In this document: piece by piece, positions 9,945 through 22,273 of the stretch | Position numbering within the stretch: position 1 is the stretch's first letter | Layout: every line of letters starts with the position of its first letter | Assembly (NCBI GenBank): GCA_024998625.1 | Contig: JACOEL010000021.1 | Coordinates: 114-64,113 of the forward strand | Reading direction: 5' to 3' | DNA: 64,000 nt | Source of the DNA: Nitrospira sp. | GTDB lineage: Bacteria > Nitrospirota > Nitrospiria > Nitrospirales > Nitrospiraceae | Notes under the pieces: generated by a model | The model's input: only the letters and a program-made list of their open reading frames with translations | Database searches by the model: none | What the model was told of the DNA's origin: nothing | Position numbers and translations under genes: made by a program

Positions 9945-11081
9945 CTATGCGTTTGGTTTCTTACTCACCGGAGCAGCACCATACGGTGAAGAACCCGGAA
10001 TCTTTGGCGTCGCCGTCTGCACGTCAGCGTTTTGCGCACGATGCAAGAGTGCCTGATCCATCAGCACCAGGGCCATCATGGCTTCAGCAATCGGCGTGGC
10101 CCGGATACCGACGCAAGGATCGTGACGCCCATTGGTTTCGACGGTCACCGGGTTGCCTTGCTTGTCGATGGAACGTCGCGGAATACGGATGCTTGAGGTC
10201 GGCTTGATGGCGATGGTCACGACCACATCCTGCCCGGTGGAAATACCGCCGAGAATGCCGCCGGCATGATTCGTCACAAACCCTTCAGGCGTCAGTTCAT
10301 CGCCATGCTCCGAACCCCGCTGCGCGACCGAAGCGAACCCTGCGCCGATCTCCACCGCCTTGACCGCATTGATGCTCATCATGGCGCCGGCCAGGTCAGC
10401 ATCCAGCTTGGCATAGACCGGGGCGCCCCACCCGACCGGCACCTGCTCGGCCACGGTGGTAATCTTTGCGCCCACGGAATCGCCAGCCTTCCGCAACTCG
10501 TCCATGAACGATTCAAGCCTCTCTACCACCTCGGCGTTCGCCGAAAAGAATGGATTGGTGTCCACCGTTTCCCAGCTCTGAAAGGGAGCTTCGATCGGCC
10601 CGAGTTGGCTGAGGTAGCCACGGATGACAACCCCGTGCTTTTCCTGCAACCACTTCCTGGCAATCGCCGCCGCGGCCACTCGCACGGCCGTTTCCCGCGC
10701 CGAGGATCGCCCCCCGCCGCGATGGTCGCGGATCCCGTACTTCTGCCAATAGGTGTAGTCGGCGTGGCCCGGTCGAAAGGTGTCGATGAGGTTGCCGTAA
10801 TCACGGCTGCGCTGGTCTTCGTTCCGGATCAAAAGGGCGATGGGCGTACCGGTCGTCTTGCCCTCGAACACCCCGGAAAGGATTTCAACGGTATCGGATT
10901 CCTGCCGCTGCGTGACATGGCGTGAGGTGCCCGGCTTGCGCCGGTCGAGATCCCGCTGAATGTCTTCGGCGGATAGCGCTAGGCCAGGCGGACACCCATC
11001 CACCACGCAGCCGATCGCCGGTCCGTGACTTTCGCCGAACGAAGTGACGGTGAAAACTCGGCCCAACGTATTGCCGGCCAT
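9945..11081 (-). CDS. aroC: Chorismate synthase
   Basis: [27 protein letters not shown]. Confidence 0.97.
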   Translation of the reverse strand: MAGNTLGRVFTVTSFGESHGPAIGCVVDGCPPGLALSAEDIQRDLDRRKPGTSRHVTQRQESDTVEILSGVFEGKTTGTPIALLIRNEDQRSRDYGNLIDTFRPGHADYTYWQKYGIRDHRGGGRSSARETAVRVAAAAIARKWLQEKHGVVIRGYLSQLGPIEAPFQSWETVDTNPFFSANAEVVERLESFMDELRKAGDSVGAKITTVAEQVPVGWGAPVYAKLDADLAGAMMSINAVKAVEIGAGFASVAQRGSEHGDELTPEGFVTNHAGGILGGISTGQDVVVTIAIKPTSSIRIPRRSIDKQGNPVTVETNGRHDPCVGIRATPIAEAMMALVLMDQALLHRAQNADVQTATPKIPGSSPYGAAPVSKKPNA

Positions 11082-11099
11082 GGGTTGGATGACTCCTGC

Positions 11100-12863
11100 C
11101 TACTCGACGAGGTCCAACTTGATGCGCAACTCCTTCAGCTGATCGGCACTCACACCGGAAGGCGCCTCGGTGAGCGGACATTGCGCGCGTTGCGTCTTGG
11201 GGAAGGCGATGACATCCCGAATCGAATCGGCACCACCCAGCAGCATGATCAACCGGTCGAGGCCGAACGCAATGCCGCCGTGCGGAGGCGCGCCATACTC
11301 CAGTGCTTCGAGCAGGAAACCGAACTTGGCCTGCGCCTGTTCCTTGCCGATCCCTAACAGATCGAGAATCCGAAACTGGATGTCGCTGCGATGATTGCGA
11401 ATGCTGCCGCCGCCGATTTCGCTTCCATTCAGCACCATATCATAAGCCTTTGCCCTGGCCCGTAGAGGTTCCGTGTCGAGGAATGGCAGATCTTCATCCA
11501 TCGGCGCGGCAAAAGGGTTGTGCATGAAAATATAGCGCTTCTCTTCCGGCGAATAGTCCAACAAGGGAAACTCCGTCACCCATAAAGGCCTCCAGGCCGT
11601 TTTGTCGATGAGATTCAGTTCCTCACCGAGCAACAGACGTATCCGGCCCAAGACATCGTGGACGATGCCGGGCTTGTCCGCGCCGAAAAGCACCAGATCG
11701 CCGGGCTTCGCTTCCGGCAAGGTCTCGGCAAAGGCCTTGGCATCGAGGAATTTGGCGATCACCGATTCCAACTGGCCGTCCCCGGTGACTTTCAACCAAG
11801 CCAGGCCTTTGGCTCCAAAACTTTTCGCCGTTTCACCGAGCGCGTCGATACGGCTCCGCGCAATGGAGGCTCCACCGGACACGATCAGCGCCTTGACGAG
11901 TCCGCCCTTGGTCGCCGCCTCTTTGAACACTTTGAATTCGCTCTTCGCGGCAAACGCCGTGACATCATGCAAGGGCATGTCGAAGCGAAGGTCCGGCTTA
12001 TCCGAACCGTAGCGCCCCATAGCGTCGGCATAGGTCATCCGGGGAAAGGGCGTAGGCAATTGCACTCCGCCGGCATCCTTGAACACCGAGACAATCATCC
12101 GTTCCATGAGCGACATGACCTGCTCACGATCCACAAACGACATTTCGAGATCGATCTGGGTAAATTCCGGCTGACGGTCGTTACGAAGGTCTTCGTCGCG
12201 GAAGCAACGGGCGATCTGGTAATACCGATCCACACCGCTCACCATCAACACCTGCTTGAACAGCTGCGGCGACTGCGGCAGCGCATAAAACATCCCCGGG
12301 TTCACGCGACTGGGTACCAGATAATCACGAGCGCCTTCCGGCGTACTTTTGGTCAATACGGGCGTTTCCACTTCCAGAAACTGCTCCGCATTCAAGAAGG
12401 CCCGCACCGCCTGCATGATCCCATGACGCAACCCCAGCAACCGCTGCATCCTCGGCCGCCTGAGATCCAGATAGCGATACTTCAATCGAAGAGACTCGGT
12501 GATCTCAATATCGTCCTCAATCATGAAGGGCGGTGTCTTGGCTTCGTTGAGAATCTCAACGGCATCCACGAACACTTCGATCTCACCGGTGGGAAGGTTC
12601 GGATTCTTGGACTCATCCGGTCTGGCCATCACCTGTCCGGTGACCGTCACGACACATTCGCTCCGCAGGGTATGCGCCGCCTGATGGACCGCTGCATTCC
12701 GCTCGGCGTTGAATACCACTTGCGTCAACCCTGTTCGATCGCGCAGGTCGATGAACAGCACCATGCCGTGATCCCGGCGACGTTGCACCCATCCGTTCAA
12801 CACCACTTGCTGACCGACTTGCGCCTTGGTCAATTCCCCACACCGATGGGTCCTGATCTTCAT
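11100..12863 (-). CDS. aspS: Aspartate-tRNA ligase, likely non-discriminating (His in RRRDHG)
   Basis: [40 protein letters not shown]; GAD insert. Confidence 0.97.
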   Translation of the reverse strand: MKIRTHRCGELTKAQVGQQVVLNGWVQRRRDHGMVLFIDLRDRTGLTQVVFNAERNAAVHQAAHTLRSECVVTVTGQVMARPDESKNPNLPTGEIEVFVDAVEILNEAKTPPFMIEDDIEITESLRLKYRYLDLRRPRMQRLLGLRHGIMQAVRAFLNAEQFLEVETPVLTKSTPEGARDYLVPSRVNPGMFYALPQSPQLFKQVLMVSGVDRYYQIARCFRDEDLRNDRQPEFTQIDLEMSFVDREQVMSLMERMIVSVFKDAGGVQLPTPFPRMTYADAMGRYGSDKPDLRFDMPLHDVTAFAAKSEFKVFKEAATKGGLVKALIVSGGASIARSRIDALGETAKSFGAKGLAWLKVTGDGQLESVIAKFLDAKAFAETLPEAKPGDLVLFGADKPGIVHDVLGRIRLLLGEELNLIDKTAWRPLWVTEFPLLDYSPEEKRYIFMHNPFAAPMDEDLPFLDTEPLRARAKAYDMVLNGSEIGGGSIRNHRSDIQFRILDLLGIGKEQAQAKFGFLLEALEYGAPPHGGIAFGLDRLIMLLGGADSIRDVIAFPKTQRAQCPLTEAPSGVSADQLKELRIKLDLVE

Positions 12864-14122
12864 GCTCTTCTCCGCGTTGAGGGCCGCGATTTTCCAGCAG
12901 GGCCTCGTTGTCCCAGGCGCGAAGCTGATGATCCGCCGCGCCGCTTCTGTTGAAAGTTCTGACCAGCACTCGAGCGCCGAACCGTCATGCCACGACCGGG
13001 GCCTTGAGGTTTCGCGCCGGGCCTGAGTTGCTGAAATCCTGCCCCAGGTTGAGTGCGCTGTGGCTTTTGGTCTGGCCCGGTCGGACGCGAGCCAGGAGCA
13101 CGATCAGCCCCCTGCGGGATCTGGCCGGACTGAGACCGTTGAAATCCAAACCCTTTGGCCGGGCGACGAAATTTCGCACCGGGGCTCAGAGGTCGCCGAG
13201 TGGTCCCGCGACCTGAGCGTGACGGTTTCGCACCTGCCATTGACCGCTGCGACCGCGCCCCCCGCTCGGAACGCTGGGCTTTTGGCCCGCGCCCGGAACG
13301 CTCGGGCTTGGGCGGACGGGGCGGAGCTGGTTCCGTCGGCGGCATCCAGCGAGTCGGCTTTCCCGACGCATCCAATTCCGGACGCTCCGCTCTGGCCACC
13401 CGATCTTCAACCAATTCACGCAACCGATTCGCTTCACGGTCGGTCAGGAATCGATATTCCCGCGGCGCCAAGTCCCCCAAAAGCAACGGCCCCATGCGGA
13501 TACGCACGAGCTTAATCACCGAATGGCCCACCGCTTCGACCATCCGCTTCACTTGATGTTTCCGTCCCTCGTGAATGGTGACCTCAAGCCACGAGTTGCT
13601 TTCCGCCCGGCTGACCTTATTCACCTTCGCCGGTGCCGTGAATCCGTCCTCCAGCTTGACGCCTCGTTCAAGGGCTTCGATTTTCGCATCGTCGAGCACA
13701 CCCTTGACCTTGATCAAATAGGTTTTGGGAACATGGTAGCGCGGATGGAGCAGCGCTTGGGCCAGGTCGCCGTGATTCGTGAGCAACATGAGCCCTTCAC
13801 TGTCAAAATCCAAGCGGCCGACAGGAAATACGCGCACGCTGACCCCGTGCAGGAGGTCCTTCACCGTGGGGCGTCCCTCAGGATCATCCAGCGTGGACAT
13901 GACGTTCTTGGGCTTGTTGAGGATCAAATAGACATAGGGTTGCGCGGCCCGCAGATGTTTGCCGTCGACTTTCACGTGGTCGCGCGCGGGATCGACTTTG
14001 GTGCCGAGTTCCTTCACCACGCTACCGTTGATCGTCACGCGCCCGGACGTGATCAACTCCTCGGCTTTGCGCCGCGAGGCCAGTCCGGTACCGGCGATGA
14101 GTTTTTGTAGTCTGACTTCCAT
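12860..14122 (-). CDS. rluB: 23S rRNA pseudouridine synthase B with long basic repeat tail
   Basis: S4 domain (RLQK..A..G..SRR), [20 protein letters not shown]. Confidence 0.9.
   Translation of the reverse strand: MEVRLQKLIAGTGLASRRKAEELITSGRVTINGSVVKELGTKVDPARDHVKVDGKHLRAAQPYVYLILNKPKNVMSTLDDPEGRPTVKDLLHGVSVRVFPVGRLDFDSEGLMLLTNHGDLAQALLHPRYHVPKTYLIKVKGVLDDAKIEALERGVKLEDGFTAPAKVNKVSRAESNSWLEVTIHEGRKHQVKRMVEAVGHSVIKLVRIRMGPLLLGDLAPREYRFLTDREANRLRELVEDRVARAERPELDASGKPTRWMPPTEPAPPRPPKPERSGRGPKAQRSERGARSQRSMAGAKPSRSGRGTTRRPLSPGAKFRRPAKGFGFQRSQSGQIPQGADRAPGSRPTGPDQKPQRTQPGAGFQQLRPGAKPQGPGRGMTVRRSSAGQNFQQKRRGGSSASRLGQRGPAGKSRPSTRRRA
12911..13315 (-). repeat. ~15 degenerate 9-aa (27-bp) tandem units in the RluB tail
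   Basis: [72 protein letters not shown] and similar. Confidence 0.7.
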
Positions 14123-14123
14123 A

Positions 14124-14202
14124 TTCGTCAACTGTCATTCGTCATTCGTCATTCGTCAACCGGAAGGAGACCTCTCCGCGTTTGACAGTTGACGTTTGAC
14201 GT
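14124..14202. repeat. Heptamer-periodic imperfect inverted repeat between guaA and rluB
   Basis: TTCGTCA ACTGTCA TTCGTCA TTCGTCA TTCGTCA - spacer - TTTGACA GTTGACG TTTGACG. Confidence 0.8.
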
Positions 14203-14203
14203 C

Positions 14204-15760
14204 TTATTCCCATTCGATTGTTGAGGGTGGCTTGGAACTGATGTCGTAGACGACTCGATTCACGCCCTTCACTTCGTTGATAATCCGGCTCGACATCTTC
14301 CCCAGCACCTCATTCGGGATTTTGGCCCAGTCGGCGGTCATGCCATCGAGGCTCGTGACCGCACGAATCGCAATGACATACTCGTACGTCCGCTGGTCAC
14401 CCATGACACCGACCGTCCGGATCGGCAGCAGAACCGCGAAGGCCTGCCAGATCTCCCGATACAGGCCGGCGGCGCGAATTTCCTGATCGACGATCGTTTC
14501 CGCCCCGCGCAAAATCGCCAACCGTTCCTTGGTGACGGCGCCGAGTACGCGGATCGCCAGGCCGGGACCGGGAAAGGGTTGCCGCCAGATAATCTCATCC
14601 GGCAGGCCGAGCTCCTGACCCAAGACCCGGACTTCGTCCTTAAACAATTCGCGCAGGGGCTCGACCAGCTTCAACTTCATTCTGGTCGGCAATCCCCCGA
14701 CGTTATGATGCGTTTTGATCGTCGCCGAGGGGCCTTTGAAGCTCACGCTTTCGATGACATCGGGATACAACGTGCCTTGCACGAGATATTTGATGCCCTT
14801 CAGCTTTTTGGACTCGACTTCAAAATTCTTAATGAAGAGACGTCCGATAATCTTTCGCTTCCGCTCCGGATCGGTCACGTTCTTCAACCCGGTGAGGAAC
14901 TGGCTCGTGCGATCGAGAATCCGCATATTCAGATGCAGTTGCGACGCGAAGGTCTTCTCGACTTGATCGCGTTCGCCGGCACGCAACACGCCATTGTCGA
15001 CGAAAATGCAGGTCAGCTGATCGCCGACCGCGCGGTGCGTAAGCGCGGCCGCCACAGAGGAATCTACCCCGCCGCTTAAGGCACAGATCACCCGCTCGCG
15101 CCCGACTTGTTGCCTAATCTGTTCCACGGCTGTTTCAACATAGGAGCGCATGGTCCAAGTCGGCTTGCAGCCACAGATATCGTAGACAAAGTTCTTGATG
15201 ATCGTGGCGCCCTCGACGGTATGCGCCACTTCCGGATGAAACTGAAGACAGTAGACGCGCTGCCTGGCGTCGTGCCGCTTCATTGCGGCGATGGGAGAAT
15301 TGTCCGTGTGGGCGATGGAGCGGAACCCCGGCGGCATCCGTTCGATGCGATCCCCGTGCGACATCCACACAACGGTCGGGCCACGAGTCCCGACTCCCTT
15401 GAACAGATCCGACCGGTCATCGAGGGTCAGTTCAGCCCGCCCGAACTCGCGGTGCGGAGCCTTCTCCACTTCGCCGCCCTGCAGATGCGTCACCAGCTGC
15501 ATTCCGTAGCAGATCCCGAGAATGGGAATGCCCTGTTCGAAGAGTTGCTTCGGGACCGAAGGAGCCTTCTTGTCGTACACGCTCGATGGTCCACCGGATA
15601 GCACGATGCCCTTCGGCCGGTAGGCCAATATCGTCGCGAGCGGCACGGTGCACGGCAGGATCTGCGAATAGACCTGCGCCTCACGGATACGCCGCGCGAT
15701 TAACTGTGTGTACTGAGATCCGAAATCAAGAACGAGGATTCTATCGTGCCAGAGTTCCAT
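14204..15760 (-). CDS. guaA: GMP synthase (glutamine-hydrolysing)
   Basis: [45 protein letters not shown]. Confidence 0.98.
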   Translation of the reverse strand: MELWHDRILVLDFGSQYTQLIARRIREAQVYSQILPCTVPLATILAYRPKGIVLSGGPSSVYDKKAPSVPKQLFEQGIPILGICYGMQLVTHLQGGEVEKAPHREFGRAELTLDDRSDLFKGVGTRGPTVVWMSHGDRIERMPPGFRSIAHTDNSPIAAMKRHDARQRVYCLQFHPEVAHTVEGATIIKNFVYDICGCKPTWTMRSYVETAVEQIRQQVGRERVICALSGGVDSSVAAALTHRAVGDQLTCIFVDNGVLRAGERDQVEKTFASQLHLNMRILDRTSQFLTGLKNVTDPERKRKIIGRLFIKNFEVESKKLKGIKYLVQGTLYPDVIESVSFKGPSATIKTHHNVGGLPTRMKLKLVEPLRELFKDEVRVLGQELGLPDEIIWRQPFPGPGLAIRVLGAVTKERLAILRGAETIVDQEIRAAGLYREIWQAFAVLLPIRTVGVMGDQRTYEYVIAIRAVTSLDGMTADWAKIPNEVLGKMSSRIINEVKGVNRVVYDISSKPPSTIEWE

Positions 15761-15771
15761 AGAGATGTTTC

Positions 15772-15845
15772 CGTGAAGCGTGAATCGTCGTTCGTCTAGT
15801 GAGGGGATCTGAATGCGAGATACGCTTCACAAGAAACGTTTCACG
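15772..15845. repeat. Heptamer-periodic imperfect inverted repeat between guaB and guaA
   Basis: CGTGAAG CGTGAAT CGTCGTT - spacer - CGAGATA CGCTTCA CAAGAAA CGTTTCA CG. Confidence 0.75.
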
Positions 15846-15850
15846 CGAGG

Positions 15851-17317
15851 CTATTCCCAATCGGTGCGATAGTTGGGAGCTTCTTTGGTGATGATGACGT
15901 CGTGCACGTGCCCCTCGCGGAGACCGGCCACTGTCTGGCGGATGAACGTCGCCTTCTGCTGCAAATCCGGGATGGTCTTACAGCCGCAGTAGCCCATGCC
16001 GGACTTCACGCCGCCCACCATCTGGTAGATATGCGGAGCAAGCGTGCCTTTGTAGGGCACTCGGCCCTCAATACCTTCAGGAACCAGCTTTGGTGTCGGT
16101 CGTCCTCCCTGACCGTATCGATCGCCGCCGCCTCGCTCCATGGCCCCGATCGAACCCATACCGCGGTACACTTTGTAGGTGCGTGCCTGGAACAGCACCG
16201 TTTCACCGGGGGCCTCTTCAGTTCCCGCCAGCAGGCTACCCAACATGACCACTGAGGCACCGGCTGCCAGGGCTTTTGTAATATCACCCGAGTACTTGAT
16301 TCCGCCATCGGCGATGACCGGAACACCCGATCCGGCCAATGCCCTGGCGCAGTCTGCAATCGCCGTCAACTGCGGCATGCCGGCGCCGGACACCATCCGA
16401 GTCGTGCAGATCGAACCAGGTCCTACGCCCACTTTCACCGCATCCACACCGGCCTTCACCAAATCCTTAGCCGCCTGGGCCGTCGCGATGTTGCCGGCAA
16501 TGATGTCCAGCTTGGGATGCGCTTTTCTCACCATCTTGACCGTATCCAACACGGCCTGAGAATGCCCATGCGCCGTATCCACGACCACCACGTCCACGCC
16601 GGCCTTCACCAGTAACGCCACCCGGTCTGCGGTATCGGGTCCCACACCCAATGCCGCCCCGACCCGTAAACGACCGTGGGCATCTTTGCAGGCATTGGGA
16701 TACTTGATCCGTTTCTCAATGTCTTTAATCGTGATCAGGCCTTTGAGTTCAAATTGTTTATTGACGACCGGCAGCTTTTCAATTCGATGCTCATGCAGAA
16801 TCTCACGAGCCTTTTCGAGGCTGGTTCCCTCCGGGGCGGTGATGAGCTTATCGCGCTTCATCACCTGCGACACCTTCAGTTCCATTCGCGTCTCAAAACG
16901 CAAGTCTCGGTTCGTAAGGATCCCGACCAATTTACCCGCCTTGGTCACAGGGATACCGGAAATCCGGTATCTGGCCATGAGATCGTGCGCATCACGAATC
17001 GTTTGATCCGGCGAGATCGTAATCGGATCCAGGATCATCCCGCTCTCGGATTTCTTCACCTTATCGATTTCAGCCGCCTGATCGGTAGGCGAGAGCACAC
17101 GGTGCACGATGCCGATTCCACCCTCTTGCGCCATCGCAATGGCCAGTCGCGCCTCGGTCACGGTGTCCATGGCCGCGCTGACGATGGGAATATTCAACTG
17201 AATGTTTCGAGACAGGCGAGTACGGGTATCGACCTCGCTGGGGAGGACCTGTGATTTAGCCGGGACCAAGACGACGTCGTCATAGGTGAGCCCGAGCCGA
17301 ATCTCCTTCTCTAACAT
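15851..17317 (-). CDS. guaB: IMP dehydrogenase
   Basis: LTYDDV, CBS pair, [27 protein letters not shown]. Confidence 0.98.
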   Translation of the reverse strand: MLEKEIRLGLTYDDVVLVPAKSQVLPSEVDTRTRLSRNIQLNIPIVSAAMDTVTEARLAIAMAQEGGIGIVHRVLSPTDQAAEIDKVKKSESGMILDPITISPDQTIRDAHDLMARYRISGIPVTKAGKLVGILTNRDLRFETRMELKVSQVMKRDKLITAPEGTSLEKAREILHEHRIEKLPVVNKQFELKGLITIKDIEKRIKYPNACKDAHGRLRVGAALGVGPDTADRVALLVKAGVDVVVVDTAHGHSQAVLDTVKMVRKAHPKLDIIAGNIATAQAAKDLVKAGVDAVKVGVGPGSICTTRMVSGAGMPQLTAIADCARALAGSGVPVIADGGIKYSGDITKALAAGASVVMLGSLLAGTEEAPGETVLFQARTYKVYRGMGSIGAMERGGGDRYGQGGRPTPKLVPEGIEGRVPYKGTLAPHIYQMVGGVKSGMGYCGCKTIPDLQQKATFIRQTVAGLREGHVHDVIITKEAPNYRTDWE

Positions 17318-17355
17318 CAATCGCCACCCTCTCCCGGGCCTTTCGCCCGTTGCCC

Positions 17356-20325
17356 CTACACTCTCGTGGTTTTATCGACCTGCCCCAACTCTGCGGCGGC
17401 CTCCGCCTCTTCCTGCAGCCGCTCGCTGCCCTCATCCGCCGGCATGAATTGCTGCACCCGGGTATTTCCGCTATCAACAGTGAACACACTCCCCCGGGAA
17501 TCCACCACGATGCCGTACGGGAAGTTGAATTGTCCGTCACCACCGCCGAATCCGCCCCACTGAGCGATAAAGTTGCCCTCACGGTCGAACTTCTCGACAC
17601 GGTGGTTGCCGGTATCCGTGACATACACATCGCCCTGCCCATCGACGGCAATACCCCAAGGAGAGCGCAACTGTCCGGCTTCCTGCGCCAACGGACTGCT
17701 GGCGTGGCCGGCCTCGGAACTGCCGCCCCATTTGGTAAGCAACTGCGGCAACACGTTGGTGCTGGTATCGAACTTCTGCACGCGGTGATTGCCCATATCG
17801 ACGACGTACACCGTGCCGTCGGCCTGATCTACGGCGATCCCACGAGGGAAATAAAATTGACCGTCGCCGTTGCCGAAACTGCCCCATGACATGATGAACT
17901 CTCCGCTCATGTCGAACTTCTGCACTCTGAAGTTGGCGCTATCCACGACATAGATGTATCCGCGCACCCGATCGATCGCGATACCCCATGGGGCATTGAA
18001 CTGGCCTTCGCCGTTTCCGCGCGATCCGAACTTCATGATGTAGCCGCCGAGCTTCCCATCGAACTTCTGCACGCGATGATTATTGGTATCCACCACGTAG
18101 ACATCACCCTTGGCATCGCAGGCAATACCCGTCGGATTATGGAAGTTCGCATTGGCGGCGCCGAAATTTCCCCAGAGAATGATGAAATTCCCCGTGCGAT
18201 CGAATTTCTGGATACGGTTGTTCCCGTTGTCCACGACAAAGATCGACCCCTGTTGATCGATGGTCAGCCCGTACATCGGCGCCATGAATTCACCGCCGTG
18301 CAACAACGACGCACCTCGACCAGGCTTGCCCCACTTGGAGACACAAAGATAGCCCGAGGTGTTGACGAGAATAGTCGCGCTCGCCGGCGTGGAGATATTG
18401 TTGCCAAGGTCTTTGAACCAGACGATGACGGTCTTCTGTCCGTCGCCGGGAGACAGAATAAAGGGGATCGTCGCGCCGAACTTGATCGCCGGCGGCACCT
18501 CGACCCAGCCCGGTGTTCCCGCCATCGGGGTCATCGGGTTCTCTGAGATGTAGTAGGCCGCCACGCCGGTGTCGAGGTCGGTGGCGGAAATCGTGACGAC
18601 AATTTCTGGCGAGTTCGTCATAAACGCGCCGTGGTTGATCACCGCATACGGCGTCTGCGGAGCCGTAATATCGATCAGCACCGGCGTAGCAGACACTTCT
18701 TCCGACAATCCGCTCTCGGTGCCGTCCTCATAGACCGCCGTCAGCGCGTAATAGTAGGCCTGATCGTTGGTCAATCCCGAGTGATTGTATGGGCTGGTCA
18801 CGCCCTCGATCTTGGTGCCGCCTTCCTGCGTCAGATTCGCGGAAGTATGGAAGTAGAGGTTATAGGAAACGGCCCCCTGCACATCCATCCAGCTCAAGAA
18901 TGTTTCGGTATCTCCCGGCTTGATCGCCAGATTGCGGGGAATCGGGTACTCACTGACGGCTTGCACCCGTTCACGTTCCGCCTTGCCGCGGTCCAGTTCT
19001 TCATCGGTCGGCACGTATTTGATGACCCGATGGTTACCGCTATCGACGACGTACACCGCCCCTTCCTTGTCCACGGCCACGCCGGACGGGAAGTTCAACT
19101 GCCCCTCCGTCTTTCCACGATTGCCCCAGGCACAGAGAAAGGTCCCGTTTCCGTCGAACTTTTGAATACGGTGGTTGCCCTGATCGACGACGTACACATT
19201 GCCCAAGGCATCGCAGGTCACGCCCCAAGGGGCTTTGAACTGGCCGGGACCGCTTCCTTCACGGCCCCACTTGGTCAAAAAACTTCCGCGGGTATCGAAC
19301 TTCTGAATGCGATTATTTCCTTCATCGGCCACATACGTATTCCCAACGAAGTCCACGGCCACACCGCGGGGGAAGAAAAAGGCTCCGTCGAAACTTCCAT
19401 CCCGTCCCCACTTCAACAACGGGGTTCCATCGCCCTTGAACTTTTGAATACGGGCGTTGTTGGTATCGGTCACGTAGATATTGCCGTCCTGATCGGTGGT
19501 CACGCCCCAAGGCGCGTCAAACTTATTCATGTCGGCCCCGCGCCAGGCAAACCCGAACTTACCCCAGGCCTTCATGGGATTGCCGTCGGTGTCGAGCCGC
19601 TGCACGCGATTGTTGCCGGTATCCGCGACGTATACCTGTCCGTCCGAATTCGTGGTCAGTCCGCGCGGATAGTAGAAACCGCCTTCTGCGCTGCCGGCTT
19701 CGCCGCCCCAGCGACCGAGGAATTTTCCGTCTTTGTCGAATTTCTGGATGGAGTGATTATCGGTATCGGCAACATAGATATTGCCGTCCTTGTCTACCGC
19801 AATACCGGTCGGAGAACTGAATTCGCCGTCCTCCACGCCCTCCTGCCCGATAATCTTGGCAATGAGGTAGGGAGCCGGGATCGCCATGACTTCCTGGGAT
19901 TCGGCACTCTCCCCTTTTTGCGTCACCACGGTCACGACATAGTGGTAGCACGTTCCGTTTGCCAAATCGTCATGCATGAAGGGCGACTGCGCGCCTTCGA
20001 TACATGTCCCCTTTTCCTTGGTCACGCCGATGACGGTCTTAAAATCTTCCGCGCTAGCGATGGGGCGGGTGAGTTCGGAGAATTTAATCTGCACGCCCTT
20101 GGTGGTCATGAAATACAGGTTGTAATACATGGCCTCCGGCACAGCGTCCCAGGTAATCATCACCCGGCCATTTCCGGCTTTGGCGGCCACTCCAGTCGGT
20201 ACAGGAGGCAGGTCTTCCTCCTCGGCAACAGAGTCCCCGGCGCCCCACTCGCTCTGACTTCCCTCCGCCGTGAGATACCGTCGGTCAAACCGAAACATTT
20301 CGTCGAGCAGCCAAGCCTTGATCAT
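17356..20325 (-). CDS. 989-aa protein: FN3 - 6 NHL repeats - FN3/Ig-like - 6 NHL repeats
   Basis: 12 copies of F..P.GI..D..G.(I/V)YV.D..N.R(I/V)QKF; two FN3 motifs (W..V..A..YNLY ... Y.Y.VT.V); no signal peptide. Confidence 0.9.
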   Translation of the reverse strand: MIKAWLLDEMFRFDRRYLTAEGSQSEWGAGDSVAEEEDLPPVPTGVAAKAGNGRVMITWDAVPEAMYYNLYFMTTKGVQIKFSELTRPIASAEDFKTVIGVTKEKGTCIEGAQSPFMHDDLANGTCYHYVVTVVTQKGESAESQEVMAIPAPYLIAKIIGQEGVEDGEFSSPTGIAVDKDGNIYVADTDNHSIQKFDKDGKFLGRWGGEAGSAEGGFYYPRGLTTNSDGQVYVADTGNNRVQRLDTDGNPMKAWGKFGFAWRGADMNKFDAPWGVTTDQDGNIYVTDTNNARIQKFKGDGTPLLKWGRDGSFDGAFFFPRGVAVDFVGNTYVADEGNNRIQKFDTRGSFLTKWGREGSGPGQFKAPWGVTCDALGNVYVVDQGNHRIQKFDGNGTFLCAWGNRGKTEGQLNFPSGVAVDKEGAVYVVDSGNHRVIKYVPTDEELDRGKAERERVQAVSEYPIPRNLAIKPGDTETFLSWMDVQGAVSYNLYFHTSANLTQEGGTKIEGVTSPYNHSGLTNDQAYYYALTAVYEDGTESGLSEEVSATPVLIDITAPQTPYAVINHGAFMTNSPEIVVTISATDLDTGVAAYYISENPMTPMAGTPGWVEVPPAIKFGATIPFILSPGDGQKTVIVWFKDLGNNISTPASATILVNTSGYLCVSKWGKPGRGASLLHGGEFMAPMYGLTIDQQGSIFVVDNGNNRIQKFDRTGNFIILWGNFGAANANFHNPTGIACDAKGDVYVVDTNNHRVQKFDGKLGGYIMKFGSRGNGEGQFNAPWGIAIDRVRGYIYVVDSANFRVQKFDMSGEFIMSWGSFGNGDGQFYFPRGIAVDQADGTVYVVDMGNHRVQKFDTSTNVLPQLLTKWGGSSEAGHASSPLAQEAGQLRSPWGIAVDGQGDVYVTDTGNHRVEKFDREGNFIAQWGGFGGGDGQFNFPYGIVVDSRGSVFTVDSGNTRVQQFMPADEGSERLQEEAEAAAELGQVDKTTRV

Positions 20326-20628
20326 GGTGTTCCTCGTGGTACGAGATTGGTGAAGATTGGCGGATGTTTCAATAACTTAGATCGGGCAGTCTAACAAAGC
20401 GAAAAGAAGGGAGTCAAGGAAAGACCAGCGTGGTCAGAGGCGCCCTAGAGTCGCTTCCTCTTCTACATCGATAAGGGAGTCACCGCGTCGACCCGAGCGA
20501 ACGAAGCCCCGCATCCATCCCTCCAAAGCTGGATGGACGCATTTCTTCCGAATGTCATAGGCTCTGCACTCTCGACGTTGGATAACAACACACGTCGCCC
20601 GGTAAGATGAACTAATCGGAGGTGTACC

Positions 20629-21195
20629 ATGTGGCCAACACGACTTGTGCTCGCAACCCTCGCCGCGAGTCTGCTCCTTGTTCCCAGCGTGCACGCGGTC
20701 GAGTCATCTCCTGTAGAAATGTGGGAATGCCCAGGGCCAGAGGGAACAATCCTCTACACCAATAAAGAGCGGCCCGATTGCCAGGCCAAGGTCCTCAAAG
20801 CGCTCTCCGTTGTGCCCTCGCTGCCCGATCTGCCACTCACGCCTTCCAGCGGTTCAACCTATCAGCCGACCCCGAAAGCGAAAGATTTCTCATATGACAC
20901 GCCCGTCGGCGCCTTGCGCAATCTCTCCCAGATACCCGAGTCAGGACGCGACTGGTATGCGGGCAACGCTAGCGGCGGGTCTGTGCAGGGCGAAGTTTGC
21001 AGCATGTACATGGAATGGATTCATCTGAATCAGAACAGCCGCGGCGGTCACTTCTTCGGCACCGATCCGTCGTACGGCAGCAATCCGACGGCCCGAAACT
21101 GGTACACCCCGAGTTACTCATTCTATGACAATGCTCGATACCTCACGCTGTCACAGATCTTCGGCGCGGGTTTTGTTCCAATCGGTTGCCACTAG
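20629..21195 (+). CDS. Secreted hypothetical protein (DUF4124-like N-terminus)
   Basis: GGAGG RBS, signal peptide, W.C.G.EG.ILYTN.. Confidence 0.7.
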   Translation: MWPTRLVLATLAASLLLVPSVHAVESSPVEMWECPGPEGTILYTNKERPDCQAKVLKALSVVPSLPDLPLTPSSGSTYQPTPKAKDFSYDTPVGALRNLSQIPESGRDWYAGNASGGSVQGEVCSMYMEWIHLNQNSRGGHFFGTDPSYGSNPTARNWYTPSYSFYDNARYLTLSQIFGAGFVPIGCH

Positions 21196-21201
21196 GTGCT
21201 C

Positions 21202-21219
21202 GCAGCCGCGACCGGCTGC
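21202..21219. terminator. GC-rich hairpin between convergent genes
   Basis: GCAGCCG-CGAC-CGGCTGC; no long U tract. Confidence 0.35.
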
Positions 21220-21355
21220 TGATCGTCAGACACAAAAGACCTTCGGGAAAACCCCCTTCACAGGAGTCTCTCGAAGGCCTTTTTATGCACAACGACTGCG
21301 GAGCGAATCTACCGGAGTTCCTCAGCAGAGATTCAGCAGAGATTGCGAACAGCCG

Positions 21356-22273
21356 TCAGGACTCTTCCGCGATATCGGCGACCACAAGGTCCCCGCCGGC
21401 CTCATTCTCCAGAACAAGTGATTCTGAAGTCTGCCCCGCCTCATCTGCCGGTCCAAGAAGCGCCACAGGCTCGGTCGTGTCTTCAGACAGGCCTTCGCCC
21501 GATGCCTCAGCGACTTGTAGCCGCGGCTCTCCATCCACTGCCACCACATCGTCGATCGGCAACATGGCCTGCTCGGATTCGCCCAACTCTTTGAACTCGC
21601 GAAGCGGCGGCAGCTGAGATAAGTCGCGCAGCCCAAAATGTTCGAGAAAAAACTTGGTCGTCCCATACATGATCGGGCGTCCCGGCTCTTCTTTCCGGCC
21701 AACGATGCGCACGAGTTTTCGCTCCAGCAGCGTCCGAATAACCCCCGAAGTTTCGACTCCTCGAATCTGCTCGACCTCCGCACGAACAATCGGCTGCTTA
21801 TAGGCAATGATCGCCAGGGACTCCAAGGCTGAGCGCGAGAGTTTCGAGGGAGACTTTACCTTCTCCAACCGTTTGAGCCACGGGGCAAATTCGGCCTTGG
21901 TGACGATTCGGTAACCGCCGGCCACTTCAGCCAACTGCAGCCCGCGGCCTTCCTGCTCATAGTCCTGAGCAAGACTCGCGAGCGCCTGATCGACATCCTG
22001 CTTCGTAACCGCTCCGAGCAATGCCAAGAACCGCGTGACCGGAATAGGCTCGGCCGCCACAAAGAGCAAAGCCTCAAGGATGCCCTTCAGGGCTCGCATG
22101 TCGGAAAGCGCAGGATCGGCGGTCGGAGCCGACATTTCGATCCTAACACCTTGGCCAACCTCGGGCTCCACCTCGACAGCATCGAGCAACGCAGTCGGCT
22201 CGTCAACCGGCTCCCGCACCTCGCCGGATTCCTCGATTGACTCCTCCACGCCGGGACTCATAGGTTCTTCCAT
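21356..22273 (-). CDS. scpB: SMC-Scp complex subunit ScpB
   Basis: LEALLFVA, LS..ALESLAIIAYKQPI.RAEVEQIRGV, GRPIMYGTT..FL..FGL..L..LP. Confidence 0.95.
   Translation of the reverse strand: MEEPMSPGVEESIEESGEVREPVDEPTALLDAVEVEPEVGQGVRIEMSAPTADPALSDMRALKGILEALLFVAAEPIPVTRFLALLGAVTKQDVDQALASLAQDYEQEGRGLQLAEVAGGYRIVTKAEFAPWLKRLEKVKSPSKLSRSALESLAIIAYKQPIVRAEVEQIRGVETSGVIRTLLERKLVRIVGRKEEPGRPIMYGTTKFFLEHFGLRDLSQLPPLREFKELGESEQAMLPIDDVVAVDGEPRLQVAEASGEGLSEDTTEPVALLGPADEAGQTSESLVLENEAGGDLVVADIAEES

Noticed and set aside
11658-12953. 431-aa plus-strand ORF, and similar shadows over groEL, recG and rluE
   Set aside because: Lie wholly opposite well-supported genes.
17356-20325. CRISPR-like or DNA tandem array
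   Set aside because: Periodicity comes from protein NHL repeats; there are no identical direct repeats with spacers.
18631-20394. 587-aa plus-strand ORF
   Set aside because: Antisense shadow of the NHL gene; no motifs; typical of high-GC codon bias.
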